A DNA stretch of 54,890 nucleotides from Pseudomonadota bacterium. GTDB lineage: Bacteria; Bdellovibrionota_C; UBA2361; OMIW01. A program made the translations under genes and the position numbers. The notes beneath the pieces are model-generated. The model saw only the letters and a program-made list of their open reading frames with translations. It ran no database searches and was not told where the DNA came from. Of the stretch, positions 21,031-29,913 are shown piece after piece. The DNA lies in NCBI GenBank assembly GCA_900299205.1, contig OMIW01000142.1:1-54890 (forward strand), read 5' to 3'. The stretch's first letter is position 1. Every line of letters starts with the position of its first letter.

Positions 21031-21047
21031 TGCAAAGGGCCTGCCAA
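21031..21047 (-). promoter_or_regulatory. Sigma54 (-24/-12) promoter of fliC
   Basis: Minus strand TTGGCAGGCCCTTTGCA: GG-N10-GC spacing, about 130 bp upstream of the ATG. Confidence 0.7.
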
Positions 21048-21077
21048 CCTGATTTTTCCTGGCCGCTGAGGACGCTA

Positions 21078-22124
21078 TCACCGCGAGAGAGACTGGGAAC
21101 TGTCCTGTCCGTACCAAGCTGAGAATTCCTCCTCTCGCCGAAGCACCCTTTCCACGTATTGCTTCGTCGAGCGAGGGAGGAAATCACTAATATCTGAATA
21201 ATTTCCGGCCTCTCGGCCTAACTCCTTCGCTCTCATCTGGGCCCGAACTACTCTTCCCTCACCCGCATTAAACGCCGCTAACACAATCCGCTTCCGTGAG
21301 TCCCCTGATATGCCCGGGATTGTGGAAAGTCCCCGATCGAGCTGCGTCGGCTGGGAGAATATTTCGTTAAGGTGGGTCAGATAGCGAATCCCAAGGTTTA
21401 CGTTTTGACCGGGATCAAGGGGCGCATATCCTTCGGTGTCAGAGAACCGGGTAAGAATTTCCTTCCCCGTGGAATCAAGAAACTGAAAAAGACCTTTTGT
21501 CTCATGACCATCTTGGCTAATACTGCCGCTTTTGAAGGAGGACTCTGTTGAAACGACAGCTAAAGCTAAAGGGACAGGTACGTCAGCCTTTTGCTCCTCC
21601 TTGGCGGCAACTATAAGCCTCTTTACCTCAGCTATCCGTTCGGGATGCGAAAGTTTATCGAATTGATAGGACGAGTCGTACCGTTTTATTGACACGATTG
21701 AGGGTGTCGGAATGGCCGGAATCGATTCTTTGACGCTACCCGGAAGAATAGGTTGCAAACTGACATCTGAAAGGTTTGGGGTAGGAGGAGTTAAATGTAA
21801 AAGATTAACGGAAAGTCTTCCCATCATCTCATCGGGAGATGTTTCAGAGGCGGTCAATGAATGCTGACTCGATTCGGTTCGCGAGCCTATCTCCTCCGAG
21901 GGATAGGTAGACCTTTTTTCATCTTTGATCTGTTGGGGAATCGATTCAATGAGATCAGCATGTTGGGTTCGTTTTCCGGAATCTGTTAAGGAGCTGCGCT
22001 CACCCAGAATTCGAGCGAAAGAGGGCGGTTTAGTAGATGAAGTATCTTCGGTATCTTCAGTAAGCGGCTCATACTGAAGGCCCTTCTGAATACTTCGGAA
22101 GCTTCCGAGGAAATCAATTCTCAT
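21078..22124 (-). CDS. Lytic transglycosylase (SLT domain at C-terminus), probably flagellum-associated
   Basis: AVVSTESSF, KGLFQF, LAAFNAGEGRV, TKQYVERV. Start placed at ATG 22124 because the longer ORF overlaps the Rep gene and a promoter lies in between. Confidence 0.85.
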   Translation of the reverse strand: MRIDFLGSFRSIQKGLQYEPLTEDTEDTSSTKPPSFARILGERSSLTDSGKRTQHADLIESIPQQIKDEKRSTYPSEEIGSRTESSQHSLTASETSPDEMMGRLSVNLLHLTPPTPNLSDVSLQPILPGSVKESIPAIPTPSIVSIKRYDSSYQFDKLSHPERIAEVKRLIVAAKEEQKADVPVPLALAVVSTESSFKSGSISQDGHETKGLFQFLDSTGKEILTRFSDTEGYAPLDPGQNVNLGIRYLTHLNEIFSQPTQLDRGLSTIPGISGDSRKRIVLAAFNAGEGRVVRAQMRAKELGREAGNYSDISDFLPRSTKQYVERVLRREEEFSAWYGQDSSQSLSR

Positions 22125-22177
22125 TCGTTCTGCGCACGAAAAGCTGGGAAACCAGAATCCACTCGATTCAGTTCCTC

Positions 22178-22194
22178 GGCAAATCTCATGCCAA
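22178..22194 (-). promoter_or_regulatory. Sigma54 promoter of the lytic transglycosylase gene
   Basis: Minus strand TTGGCATGAGATTTGCC: GG-N10-GC. Confidence 0.7.
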
Positions 22195-22206
22195 AAGGAT
22201 GTGAGA

Positions 22207-23520
22207 CTAGGAAATACCCTCTTTCTGCATACGCTCAAGTACGGCGTGCTCGAGAACTTTTTGATAGTTATGTTCTGAGAGATGTGGCCTGATCTTGGCA
22301 AGGGATGCAGTAACCTCACGCTCAATATCCAGCCTCGTCCTGCGTGATATTGGTGCCGCAGAAACGAGCTTCGGCATGCGCTTTGGAATCGAGAATGTTT
22401 GATAATTCTCAACAGCTCTGTATAAGAAACCAACTGGACTTCGATTCACCAAATGGCTGCCAGAAGATACGAGAGCATCGTAGTAAGCGATAATTTGTTC
22501 AATTCGGGAGACAGAATCCGGAGATTTGCCCTCCAGTAATTTGATGGCTTGGCGCTCCTTTAAACCACGAGCAACCAGGGACATCACAACCTTTTTTGTA
22601 TCAATTTTTTTGGCTTCCAGCACCCTTGATCGCGTGAGCTTTAGATTCTCAGAGAGCTGAGGCTCCTTTCTGGGCGCTTCCTGAGAAATTACACGGGTGC
22701 CTCGCTTTGCAATCACCGTCAACCGTGTGTCAGCTCCCCTACCCGAATAGGAAAATTGCTCGATGAATCCTTGTTCGCACAGCTCGGTCAAGGCTGGATC
22801 AAGTTGTTGTCGTAATGAGCTGGCAAATCGATAATTTCGAGATATACCCAGCTTTTCATGTGATAAGGTGAAAAGGTTAATTTCAAGACACGTTCGGTAC
22901 CAGAAGTGTTTATCCAGGAATCGATATAGACGCTTCGAAACAGCGGAGCGTAGGGAGAGGTAGAAGTCGAGGTCCAGTTTTTTGATAAACCCGACCTGGA
23001 AAGATTTGAAAATTGTTTCACTCCAGGTGAAGTAGCTCGATTTTAGATCGGCATCGCGAGAGGTATTTATCTCATATGCGTCTATCAGTCCGAAGACCTT
23101 AGTGCTGTGACATTTCGCATCATTGTCAAAAAAAGCATTGGTAGCTTTGATCCTAAGACCCGCCAATCGGTCGAGCGCTTTCTGAAGACGGCTATAGCTT
23201 CGTCCCTCCGTACTCCACCGAAGAGTTCGTAGAAGCTCATACCTCGTAAAGTGCACTTTACGAGTTTGAATTCCATCATCGACGGTCAGTTTGAGAAGAC
23301 CGAGCAAAACTTCGTCGTCCGAGGATGTTGGGAGTCCAAATTTGTCTGCACCCGTGATGAGCCATTTCCGTTCGATGAGATCTCCGTTCTTTGTTCTTAT
23401 GGAATCGTTGAATTCGAGAGTCTTCAGGTTTGGGTTAGCTCGTGTTGAGAGAACCGTAAGCGGAAACTCAGCGAGATTCATTTCATCTCGGGATACGATC
23501 CGGCGCGGTAGTTCGTCCAT
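22207..23520 (-). CDS. Plasmid-type replication initiator protein (RPA/RepA-like, winged helix)
   Basis: RDEMNLAEFP...FGLPT..D.EVLLGLL...FTRYELLRTL.W...GRSY.RL..AL.RL...KRLYRFLDKHF pattern, as I recall for the replication initiator protein A family; adjacent to iterons and parAB. Confidence 0.85.
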   Translation of the reverse strand: MDELPRRIVSRDEMNLAEFPLTVLSTRANPNLKTLEFNDSIRTKNGDLIERKWLITGADKFGLPTSSDDEVLLGLLKLTVDDGIQTRKVHFTRYELLRTLRWSTEGRSYSRLQKALDRLAGLRIKATNAFFDNDAKCHSTKVFGLIDAYEINTSRDADLKSSYFTWSETIFKSFQVGFIKKLDLDFYLSLRSAVSKRLYRFLDKHFWYRTCLEINLFTLSHEKLGISRNYRFASSLRQQLDPALTELCEQGFIEQFSYSGRGADTRLTVIAKRGTRVISQEAPRKEPQLSENLKLTRSRVLEAKKIDTKKVVMSLVARGLKERQAIKLLEGKSPDSVSRIEQIIAYYDALVSSGSHLVNRSPVGFLYRAVENYQTFSIPKRMPKLVSAAPISRRTRLDIEREVTASLAKIRPHLSEHNYQKVLEHAVLERMQKEGIS

Positions 23521-23580
23521 GGTGATTCAGAAGAAGAATAACCCAAATAATCGGGGAGGGACTTCCCTTGCAGAGTACTG

Positions 23581-23682
23581 ACTTTTAGTAAGTTAAACAA
23601 TCAAGATTTTTCTTTACTAATTATGTTGTGAGCGGATAAATAGATTAAGGAATACAGGTAGTTAGGTGAGTATATTTACTTG
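23581..23682. other. AT-rich segment, candidate DNA-unwinding element of the origin
   Basis: Visibly AT-rich stretch between the Rep start and the first iteron. Confidence 0.55.
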
Positions 23683-23684
23683 AG

Positions 23685-23802
23685 ATCACGAGAAAAAATC
23701 TTTCAATTCACGAGGGTCTTTACGGAGGTGCACGATAGGATTTTTTTCGATTCACGAAGGTTCTTTTTCCGATACCCGAGATGATTTTTTTCGAATTCAC
23801 GA
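23685..23802 (+). repeat. Iteron-like direct repeat array (core TTCACGA, ~22-bp period)
   Basis: Cores at 23685 ATCACGA, 23707 TTCACGA, 23729 TGCACGA, 23751 TTCACGA, 23773 TACCCGA, 23796 TTCACGA; further single or inverted cores at 23819, 23883, 23931, 23990, 24020, 24088. Confidence 0.8.
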
Positions 23803-24101
23803 CCCTTAGCTGAAAGGCTCGTGTAAGGAAATAATTCGTTTGGGACATAGAAACCGCCATTTGGGGACAGGATTTATAGGGAAGCACGATATTCAACGTG
23901 TACTGACATAAGAAAGGGGAAGGAAGGGTATCGTGAATTGATAAAAAGTCGTATAAGAAGCCGCTCGAACAAATTGTTGATGGGCCGTGCTCACGAACAT
24001 TCATTCTCTGAAGTTTTATTCGTGATTGAGTTTCTGTGAGCTAAGGAAAGAAGCAGCGGTGTTTAGGTAGTCTCATTATTATATCAATTCACGGTAGGTG
24101 T

Positions 24102-24896
24102 ATGGCGCTCATACTGGGGGTAGTTAATCAGAAGGGAGGGGTCGGAAAGACCACCACGAGTGTTAACTTGGGTGCAGCTTTGGCTGCGCAGCGAAAGAGA
24201 GTTCTTCTCGTTGATATCGATGCACAGGCAAATGCCTCGACTCACTTGGGGATTGCAACGGGGGATGAGGAAGAGACGGCCGAGAGTGGCTTAGAGAGGC
24301 AAGTTCCAGATTTTACGAGCTATGACCTTCTTAAGGGAACAAAAAATGTTCATGAAGTAGCAATAAAAAGGTCTGAAAATCTGGAAATTGTCCCCTCGAG
24401 TCTTCTTCTGAGCGCTGCGGACCTGGAGTTGGGAGGGGTGGTTGGCAGGGAACTTCTTCTAAAGAGGGCGCTGAGCAAGGTTACGGGTGATTATGATGTG
24501 ATCATAATCGACTGTCCACCCGCATTGGGGTTGCTCTCTCTCAATGCCCTAGCTGCTGTTCAGAAAGTTATAGTCCCCGTTCAGAGCGAGTATTTGGCTC
24601 TGCACGGGGTGCGTCAGCTTCTTGATACTATCGATCAAGTTCGTGCGATTTATAATCCAGATCTTGTCGTTGGAGGAGTTCTCATCTGTCTTCATGATTC
24701 GCGGAGAAGACTCGCCCGAGCGGTTGCGGAAACAATCCATTCTTACTTCGGGGATCTTGTTTTCAAGACGGTTATTCGTACTAACGTGGCCCTCGCAGAG
24801 GCACCTGCGCACGGAAAAACTATCTTTGAGTATGCGGAGAAATCCTCGGGAGCCGAAGATTACGCGTCACTGGCGATGGAGGTGATGAATGAGTAA
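24102..24896 (+). CDS. parA: ParA/Soj partition ATPase
   Basis: NQKGGVGKTT, DIDAQANAS, IIDCPPALG, LAEAPAHG. Confidence 0.95.
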   Translation: MALILGVVNQKGGVGKTTTSVNLGAALAAQRKRVLLVDIDAQANASTHLGIATGDEEETAESGLERQVPDFTSYDLLKGTKNVHEVAIKRSENLEIVPSSLLLSAADLELGGVVGRELLLKRALSKVTGDYDVIIIDCPPALGLLSLNALAAVQKVIVPVQSEYLALHGVRQLLDTIDQVRAIYNPDLVVGGVLICLHDSRRRLARAVAETIHSYFGDLVFKTVIRTNVALAEAPAHGKTIFEYAEKSSGAEDYASLAMEVMNE

Positions 24897-25803
24897 GCGA
24901 AAATTGATATTGGCAAATAACCCACTTCTGAGTGGTCCGGCGCTTCGAGACAGGCACGATTCAAATGCGGCTCCTCAGTTGACGCCATCTCAGCAGGGAC
25001 CCTTTCGAGAAATTCCGATTGAATTGATCGATCCCGATCCCGAACAGCCTCGAAGTGTTTTCGATGAGGATCAATTGGAGGAGTTGACGCAGTCAATTCA
25101 ACGCTATGGCGTTTTGAGTCCTCTCCTTGTCCGTCCGAGTAGAATTGCTGGTCGATACCTTGTTGTCGCTGGAGAACGCCGACTTCGGGCTTCGACACAA
25201 GCGGGACTCGCTAGTGTACCGGCGATTATTGACAGGAGTTTAGATGGTGATAAAGAGCGGACACTCGCCATTCAGCTTGTTGAGAATCTGCAAAGAGCCG
25301 ATCTTTCCCCCTTGGAGCGAGCCCAGGCGATGGGGATGCTGAGAGATTCATTCGGACTGTCGATTCGAGATATTGCGGAGCGGCTGGGAGTCTCGAAAAG
25401 CCTGGTCCATCGAAGTCTCGATCTTTTAGCGCTCCCCCCTGACTTAATCGTTGCGCTGCAAAATGGGGCATCTGAGTCGAAGATTCTTCTGCTGTCAAAG
25501 ATTGATGACGAGGATTTACGGGCGACGTACCTTCGGGAGATCGAGGAGATTACTCGAAGTGACATTGAGGCTCACCTAAAAGGCCGGTCGGCGCGAACTA
25601 CGACACCGGAGACTCGAGACTCGAAGGATGAGGTAATTGACCCGGAAGATCGTCGAATAGCCGATGAGATCCAACGGGCGGTTGGAGTACGAGTTCGACT
25701 TCAGAGAGAAGGTCGAAATAGCAATCGGGGGCGCCTCGTCCTTGAGTTCTATTCGGAGGACGATCTTCAGGAGATATTCCGGAAGTTAGTGAATGACAAC
25801 TAA
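24889..25803 (+). CDS. parB: ParB/Spo0J partition protein
   Basis: DPEQPR, AGERRLRA (arginine patch), LVENLQRADL, HTH, Spo0J-like C-terminal dimerisation domain. Confidence 0.95.
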   Translation: MSKRKLILANNPLLSGPALRDRHDSNAAPQLTPSQQGPFREIPIELIDPDPEQPRSVFDEDQLEELTQSIQRYGVLSPLLVRPSRIAGRYLVVAGERRLRASTQAGLASVPAIIDRSLDGDKERTLAIQLVENLQRADLSPLERAQAMGMLRDSFGLSIRDIAERLGVSKSLVHRSLDLLALPPDLIVALQNGASESKILLLSKIDDEDLRATYLREIEEITRSDIEAHLKGRSARTTTPETRDSKDEVIDPEDRRIADEIQRAVGVRVRLQREGRNSNRGRLVLEFYSEDDLQEIFRKLVNDN

Positions 25804-25824
25804 GAGGGTTGGCGACCTCGAAGT

Positions 25825-25839
25825 GTCCCACGGTGGGAC
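25825..25839. promoter_or_regulatory. Candidate parS site 1 (GTCCCACGGTGGGAC), inside a longer hairpin at 25814-25850
   Basis: 15-bp palindrome just downstream of parB, repeated exactly 93 bp further on. Confidence 0.65.
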
Positions 25840-25917
25840 GCTTCGAGGTCTTAAGTTAAGATCTCATTCTCACACGAAAGGTGATCGTGAGATGATATAA
25901 GCAGCTCGGGAAATACC

Positions 25918-25932
25918 GTCCCACGGTGGGAC
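25918..25932. promoter_or_regulatory. Candidate parS site 2 (GTCCCACGGTGGGAC)
   Basis: Exact copy of site 1 with different flanks. Confidence 0.65.
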
Positions 25933-26255
25933 AATATAAGAATTTTAGGCCCGAGGGGGCCTCTCGGGGAGAAACTTTTGCCTGAGAGGTAGTGAGGGTG
26001 CGAGATGAACGTGTTTTGATAGAAGCCGAAAAAAGGAAACTCCCAATAAAGGCTCTGTCGGGAAACGAAAGAATAGTCGAGGGCTGGGAGTGAATGGCGC
26101 CCTCCTCGAGGGTCAAGTTAGGACCCGAGGATTGCCAATGATTCGAAAGGGTGCGATCAATCACCGGTCAAATTTCAGAGGCTTGTCCGATTATCTCCGG
26201 GTAGGCAACGGGTTCTCCGTTAATCGGTTGTAGTGGGCTAAAAAAGGATTTCGGT

Positions 26256-27056
26256 ATGATAGGAGCCGTCAGTTCAAGGGTTCAATTTGATAATTGGTTT
26301 AAGGGGGTTTTCGAGCAGCGTTGGGGGTCTAGTGTGTTGGGGGATGTGGTTGGTTACGCCTTATTTCCGGGCGGGAAAAGACTTCGCGCTCTTCTTTCTG
26401 TTGCGGTTTGCGAAGATCTGGGCGGGGATTCTGGAGATGCGATGTGGGGTGCTGCGGCGATTGAGTGTCTCCATATCGCCTCATTGATTCATGATGATCT
26501 TCCATGTCTGGATAATGATGTGCTGAGGAGAGGCCAGCCCACGTGTCATGTGCAGTTTAGTGAGTCGGCCGCTTTACTCGCAGGGGACGCTCTCATAAGT
26601 TGGGCCTTTGAGCTGGGACTGGCGAGCCCGACGGGGTCTGAAGCTATCTGTCGGATTCTGTCTGTCGCGTTCTCGGCCCTTTGTCGTGGACAATACCTTG
26701 AAGTTGCCCAAGACAAGTTGAGGGAACTCGACTCCACCAGGGCGGTATCGAGCGACGAGGTCGCAAAATTGAAGACGGGAGCGTTATTTGCCGGCTCGTT
26801 ACAAGTTGGGGCAATTGCATCAGGAATAGACGAGGGGGCTTTGTTGGCAATGCTCGGCAATCTTGGGGAAGGGTTTGGAGTTCTTTTTCAAGCAAAGGAT
26901 GACCGTGACGATGGAGACAGACTCCTTGTGTCGGAAGTTTGCCGTTCGAGCCCTCGAAACGAACTAGACGGGCTATTTACGTCAGCTCACGACATCTCAG
27001 TTCGGAACTTCAAAAGTACCTATCGGGTAATGATGAAAGCACTGGATTTGAGCTGA
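26256..27056 (+). CDS. Polyprenyl diphosphate synthase (IspA/GGPP synthase-like)
   Basis: GGKRLR, SLIHDDLPCLDND..RRG, KTGALF, FQAKDD motifs. Confidence 0.9.
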   Translation: MIGAVSSRVQFDNWFKGVFEQRWGSSVLGDVVGYALFPGGKRLRALLSVAVCEDLGGDSGDAMWGAAAIECLHIASLIHDDLPCLDNDVLRRGQPTCHVQFSESAALLAGDALISWAFELGLASPTGSEAICRILSVAFSALCRGQYLEVAQDKLRELDSTRAVSSDEVAKLKTGALFAGSLQVGAIASGIDEGALLAMLGNLGEGFGVLFQAKDDRDDGDRLLVSEVCRSSPRNELDGLFTSAHDISVRNFKSTYRVMMKALDLS

Positions 27057-27172
27057 TTGACGAATTTGTCGTGCAATCGGGTAAGTGTGAGGAAGAAGTG
27101 CGAGAGAAGGTCGATTTTGAGGGGGCAATTACCTCGAGATCTCGCGAGCTAGCCATTATGAAGGAGCAGCCG

Positions 27173-27988
27173 ATGGATGTGGGCAAAATAAAAGGGACTC
27201 TGAGCGAGGAGGATGTACTCTATGTTCATGAATTGTTGGAGACGACAGGACGTGAACTATTGAAGTGGAGAGCCCGTTTATCGTCGAGCGGATCCATCGA
27301 GCGCTCTGGTTTGGAGGTTTCGGAAAAAGATGATGGTTCTCTGATTTCTGCGGCTGACTTTGCAGCACAAAAGATGATTTTCGAAGCAATACGGGCGAGA
27401 TTTCCCGGACAGGGCATACTCTCAGAGGAGGGGGTACTTGGTGTACGGGGGCTGGGGGAGCAAAGCTGGATTCTCGACCCTCTTGATGGAACGAGGGAAT
27501 TTCTCTCGGGAACTCCCGATTTTGCAATCCAGCTCGCACATTGTACTGCGGCGGGTGTATCTGCTGGTTGGGTTTACTTTCCAGCCCTCAGAAAGATGAT
27601 TTCCGCAACAGAAGGTGTTCAATCAAAGATTAATGATCGGTTCTGTCAGGTTGTGAATCAAGATAGTCTTGAACCTGATAGAGTTCTCGTTCGGGGGATT
27701 GAGTATCGAGATCCTCGGGCGAAGCATCCCATAATTGACACACAGGTGGCCCTTCGGCGACTCCTCGTCGGAGAGCTGGATGTCGTCATCATACGCCTCG
27801 GACGCCTCGGAGTCTGGGATGTGGCCGGTTGGAGCATCATTATTGAGAATGCGGGCGGAGTTGTGTGCGGAGTTTCGGGAACTATCGTCAGGTTGGACGC
27901 GAACACTCCTCCGGGAACCACGATTGTGTTTGCCGTCCCCGGATTGCGAGATGAAGCGCTTAAAATCGCCAACTCATTGGGCGACTAG
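27173..27988 (+). CDS. Inositol monophosphatase / CysQ-family phosphatase
   Basis: ILSEE, WILDPLDGT, WDVAG; AAGGAG Shine-Dalgarno before ATG 27173. Confidence 0.85.
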   Translation: MDVGKIKGTLSEEDVLYVHELLETTGRELLKWRARLSSSGSIERSGLEVSEKDDGSLISAADFAAQKMIFEAIRARFPGQGILSEEGVLGVRGLGEQSWILDPLDGTREFLSGTPDFAIQLAHCTAAGVSAGWVYFPALRKMISATEGVQSKINDRFCQVVNQDSLEPDRVLVRGIEYRDPRAKHPIIDTQVALRRLLVGELDVVIIRLGRLGVWDVAGWSIIIENAGGVVCGVSGTIVRLDANTPPGTTIVFAVPGLRDEALKIANSLGD

Positions 27989-28171
27989 ATGTAAGTGTCT
28001 GTTTATATTGATTAATATGGCGTTTGGCGTAAAGTTTTCTTCCTACTCTGAATACCGAGATTAAATGAAGGTGATTTAATGATAACCTTCAGGTGTTGGC
28101 GTTGTTGGTAAAAACCGTGAACAAGGCGGCCCAGAGATGTGTCGTTAGTTGTTTGCCTCAGGAAAGACATA

Positions 28172-28852
28172 ATGAACGGCATGTTCGGACCTCCGTGTTG
28201 TTCTCGCCCCTTCCGTTTATCTCGGAGGTTATTCGCTCAAGCGTTATTTGGGGTGATTTCCGTTTTCTTTGGACAAGCGCCGAGTTCCGCAGGACCGATT
28301 TATGTGTTTCGAGAGCCTGATGGAAGCATTAAATTCACCGATCGAAAGCCACCCGTTGGAGTGAAAGCGAGAATTTTCGAGCAATCCAAGCCGCATTTCA
28401 GTCTCTATCACTTTACTCGTCCCATCGTCTCCTCTCGAGTCACATTTAAAAAAGCCCAGAGATACGGTCCGTTTATTGACAAGCTGGCCCGGGAGTTTTC
28501 AGTTGATGCTAATCTCGTTAAGGCGGTAATTCACGCAGAATCGGGGTTCAATCATCTTGCAGTTTCGCCCAAAGGTGCCCGGGGCCTTATGCAGCTCATG
28601 CCGGATACGGCGCGGTTAGTGGGCGTCCGTAATGTGTTTGTGGCGGAGGATAACTTGAAGGGAGGAGTCCGTTACCTCGCGATGTTGGTCAACAAGTACT
28701 CCAATATTCAACACGCTCTCGCGGCTTATAATGCTGGTCCGGGAGCAGTTGACCAATATGGTGGTGTGCCGCCTTATGCCGAGACAAAAACTTACATTTC
28801 GCGCGTACTTGCCTTGCGCGATCGTTATCGACAAGGAGCGGATAAGGGATAG
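28172..28852 (+). CDS. Lytic transglycosylase (DUF4124-like N-terminal region + SLT)
   Basis: AVIHAESGFN, SPKGARGLMQLMP, ALAAYNAGPG, ETKTYISRV. Confidence 0.9.
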   Translation: MNGMFGPPCCSRPFRLSRRLFAQALFGVISVFFGQAPSSAGPIYVFREPDGSIKFTDRKPPVGVKARIFEQSKPHFSLYHFTRPIVSSRVTFKKAQRYGPFIDKLAREFSVDANLVKAVIHAESGFNHLAVSPKGARGLMQLMPDTARLVGVRNVFVAEDNLKGGVRYLAMLVNKYSNIQHALAAYNAGPGAVDQYGGVPPYAETKTYISRVLALRDRYRQGADKG

Positions 28853-29040
28853 TGGTTTGTCCTGTGCCGTGGACTTATTGTGTGATGCGAAGTAGTCTAT
28901 GAGTGAGCCGAACGCCAACCCGTAAGAGTTGCTAGGGGGCTACAGAGAGAATAGACAAGGATTGTCCAACGGTAAAAAGTCGGGCTGAATTCTCGTGAAT
29001 AAATTGAACTCCGTAATGTTAGCTCTTGGTTGACTTCTAT

Positions 29041-29685
29041 ATGGATTCCCCGCGGGTGCACGGCGTTCTTGCAAACTTACCGAACTGGCTAACCGTAGCT
29101 CGATTGCTCGCTACTCCCCTCCTTGTCTTCCTGTTGCATGATCCATCTCCGTGGATGGTCTTAGCATCGGTTGTCATTTTCATCGCTGCGGCGGTTACCG
29201 ACCTTCTTGATGGTTACATTGCTCGTCGGTGGCGAGTGGTATCTGACTTTGGATCTCTCATTGATCCCCTCGCCGACAAGTTGCTGGTGATGACAGCACT
29301 CATCATGCTCGTTGCCCTTCGGGACGATGTGACGGGTGGGAGCTGGGCTCCCGCATGGATGGTGGTGGTGATTCTGGCGCGAGAAATTTGGGTAACAGGC
29401 CTACGAGGGATCGCAGCGGCGGATGGAATTATTCTGGCTGCCGATACCCTCGGCAAATGGAAGAGTTTGCTCCAGATGATCGCAATACCCCTTCTCCTCC
29501 TTCATGACCTTACTGTGACCATGAAGGAATTGGTAATCACGGGGAGGTTCTTGGGAATTTTACTCCTGGCGCTTTCTCTTGTGCTCTCCCTTTGGTCGGG
29601 CATTGCATATTCTGTGGAGGTATTTGCCCGACGGGGATCCCGGCGTGTGGGTCCTGGCCATAAGGGCAGCCTTGGCGACGGGTGA
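29041..29685 (+). CDS. pgsA: CDP-diacylglycerol--glycerol-3-phosphate 3-phosphatidyltransferase
   Basis: NLPNWLTVAR, TDLLDGYIARR...FGSLIDPLADK, GKWKS. Confidence 0.93.
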   Translation: MDSPRVHGVLANLPNWLTVARLLATPLLVFLLHDPSPWMVLASVVIFIAAAVTDLLDGYIARRWRVVSDFGSLIDPLADKLLVMTALIMLVALRDDVTGGSWAPAWMVVVILAREIWVTGLRGIAAADGIILAADTLGKWKSLLQMIAIPLLLLHDLTVTMKELVITGRFLGILLLALSLVLSLWSGIAYSVEVFARRGSRRVGPGHKGSLGDG

Positions 29686-29913
29686 CATCTTCGCCATATG
29701 ACGGATAGGCATCGACACTCAGAGTTGCGGTGAACCGAGGTTGTTGCCATTTGTGACTTCTGTGTGGTGGCCAACTAGGTTATTCTGTGGAGGTTGCCTC
29801 TTGATGAATGATGAAAATCAAAAACCCCTTTTAGTGCAATTGGTTGCTGACCACCGCCGTCCTCTTTAGACTCTGTGCTCCTTGTTTTCCCATTTTTTTG
29901 AAGTTGAATAACT

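Noticed and set aside
22125-22433. N-terminal extension of the listed ORF 21078..22433
   Set aside because: Overlaps the Rep gene on the same strand and spans a sigma54 promoter; ATG 22124 is more plausible.
23626-23639. TTGTGAGCGGATAA, a 14-bp match to the lac operator (vector contamination or a DnaA box?)
   Set aside because: Flanks do not continue as lacO or vector sequence; as a DnaA box (TTATCCGCT) it has two mismatches and is single. Treated as chance.
23685-23802. Periodic repeats as a CRISPR array
   Set aside because: The conserved core is only 7 bp with a 22-bp period, and there are no cas genes; the pattern fits iterons.
26939-27172. N-terminal extension of the IMPase ORF
   Set aside because: Overlaps the ispA-like gene; a good Shine-Dalgarno supports ATG 27173.
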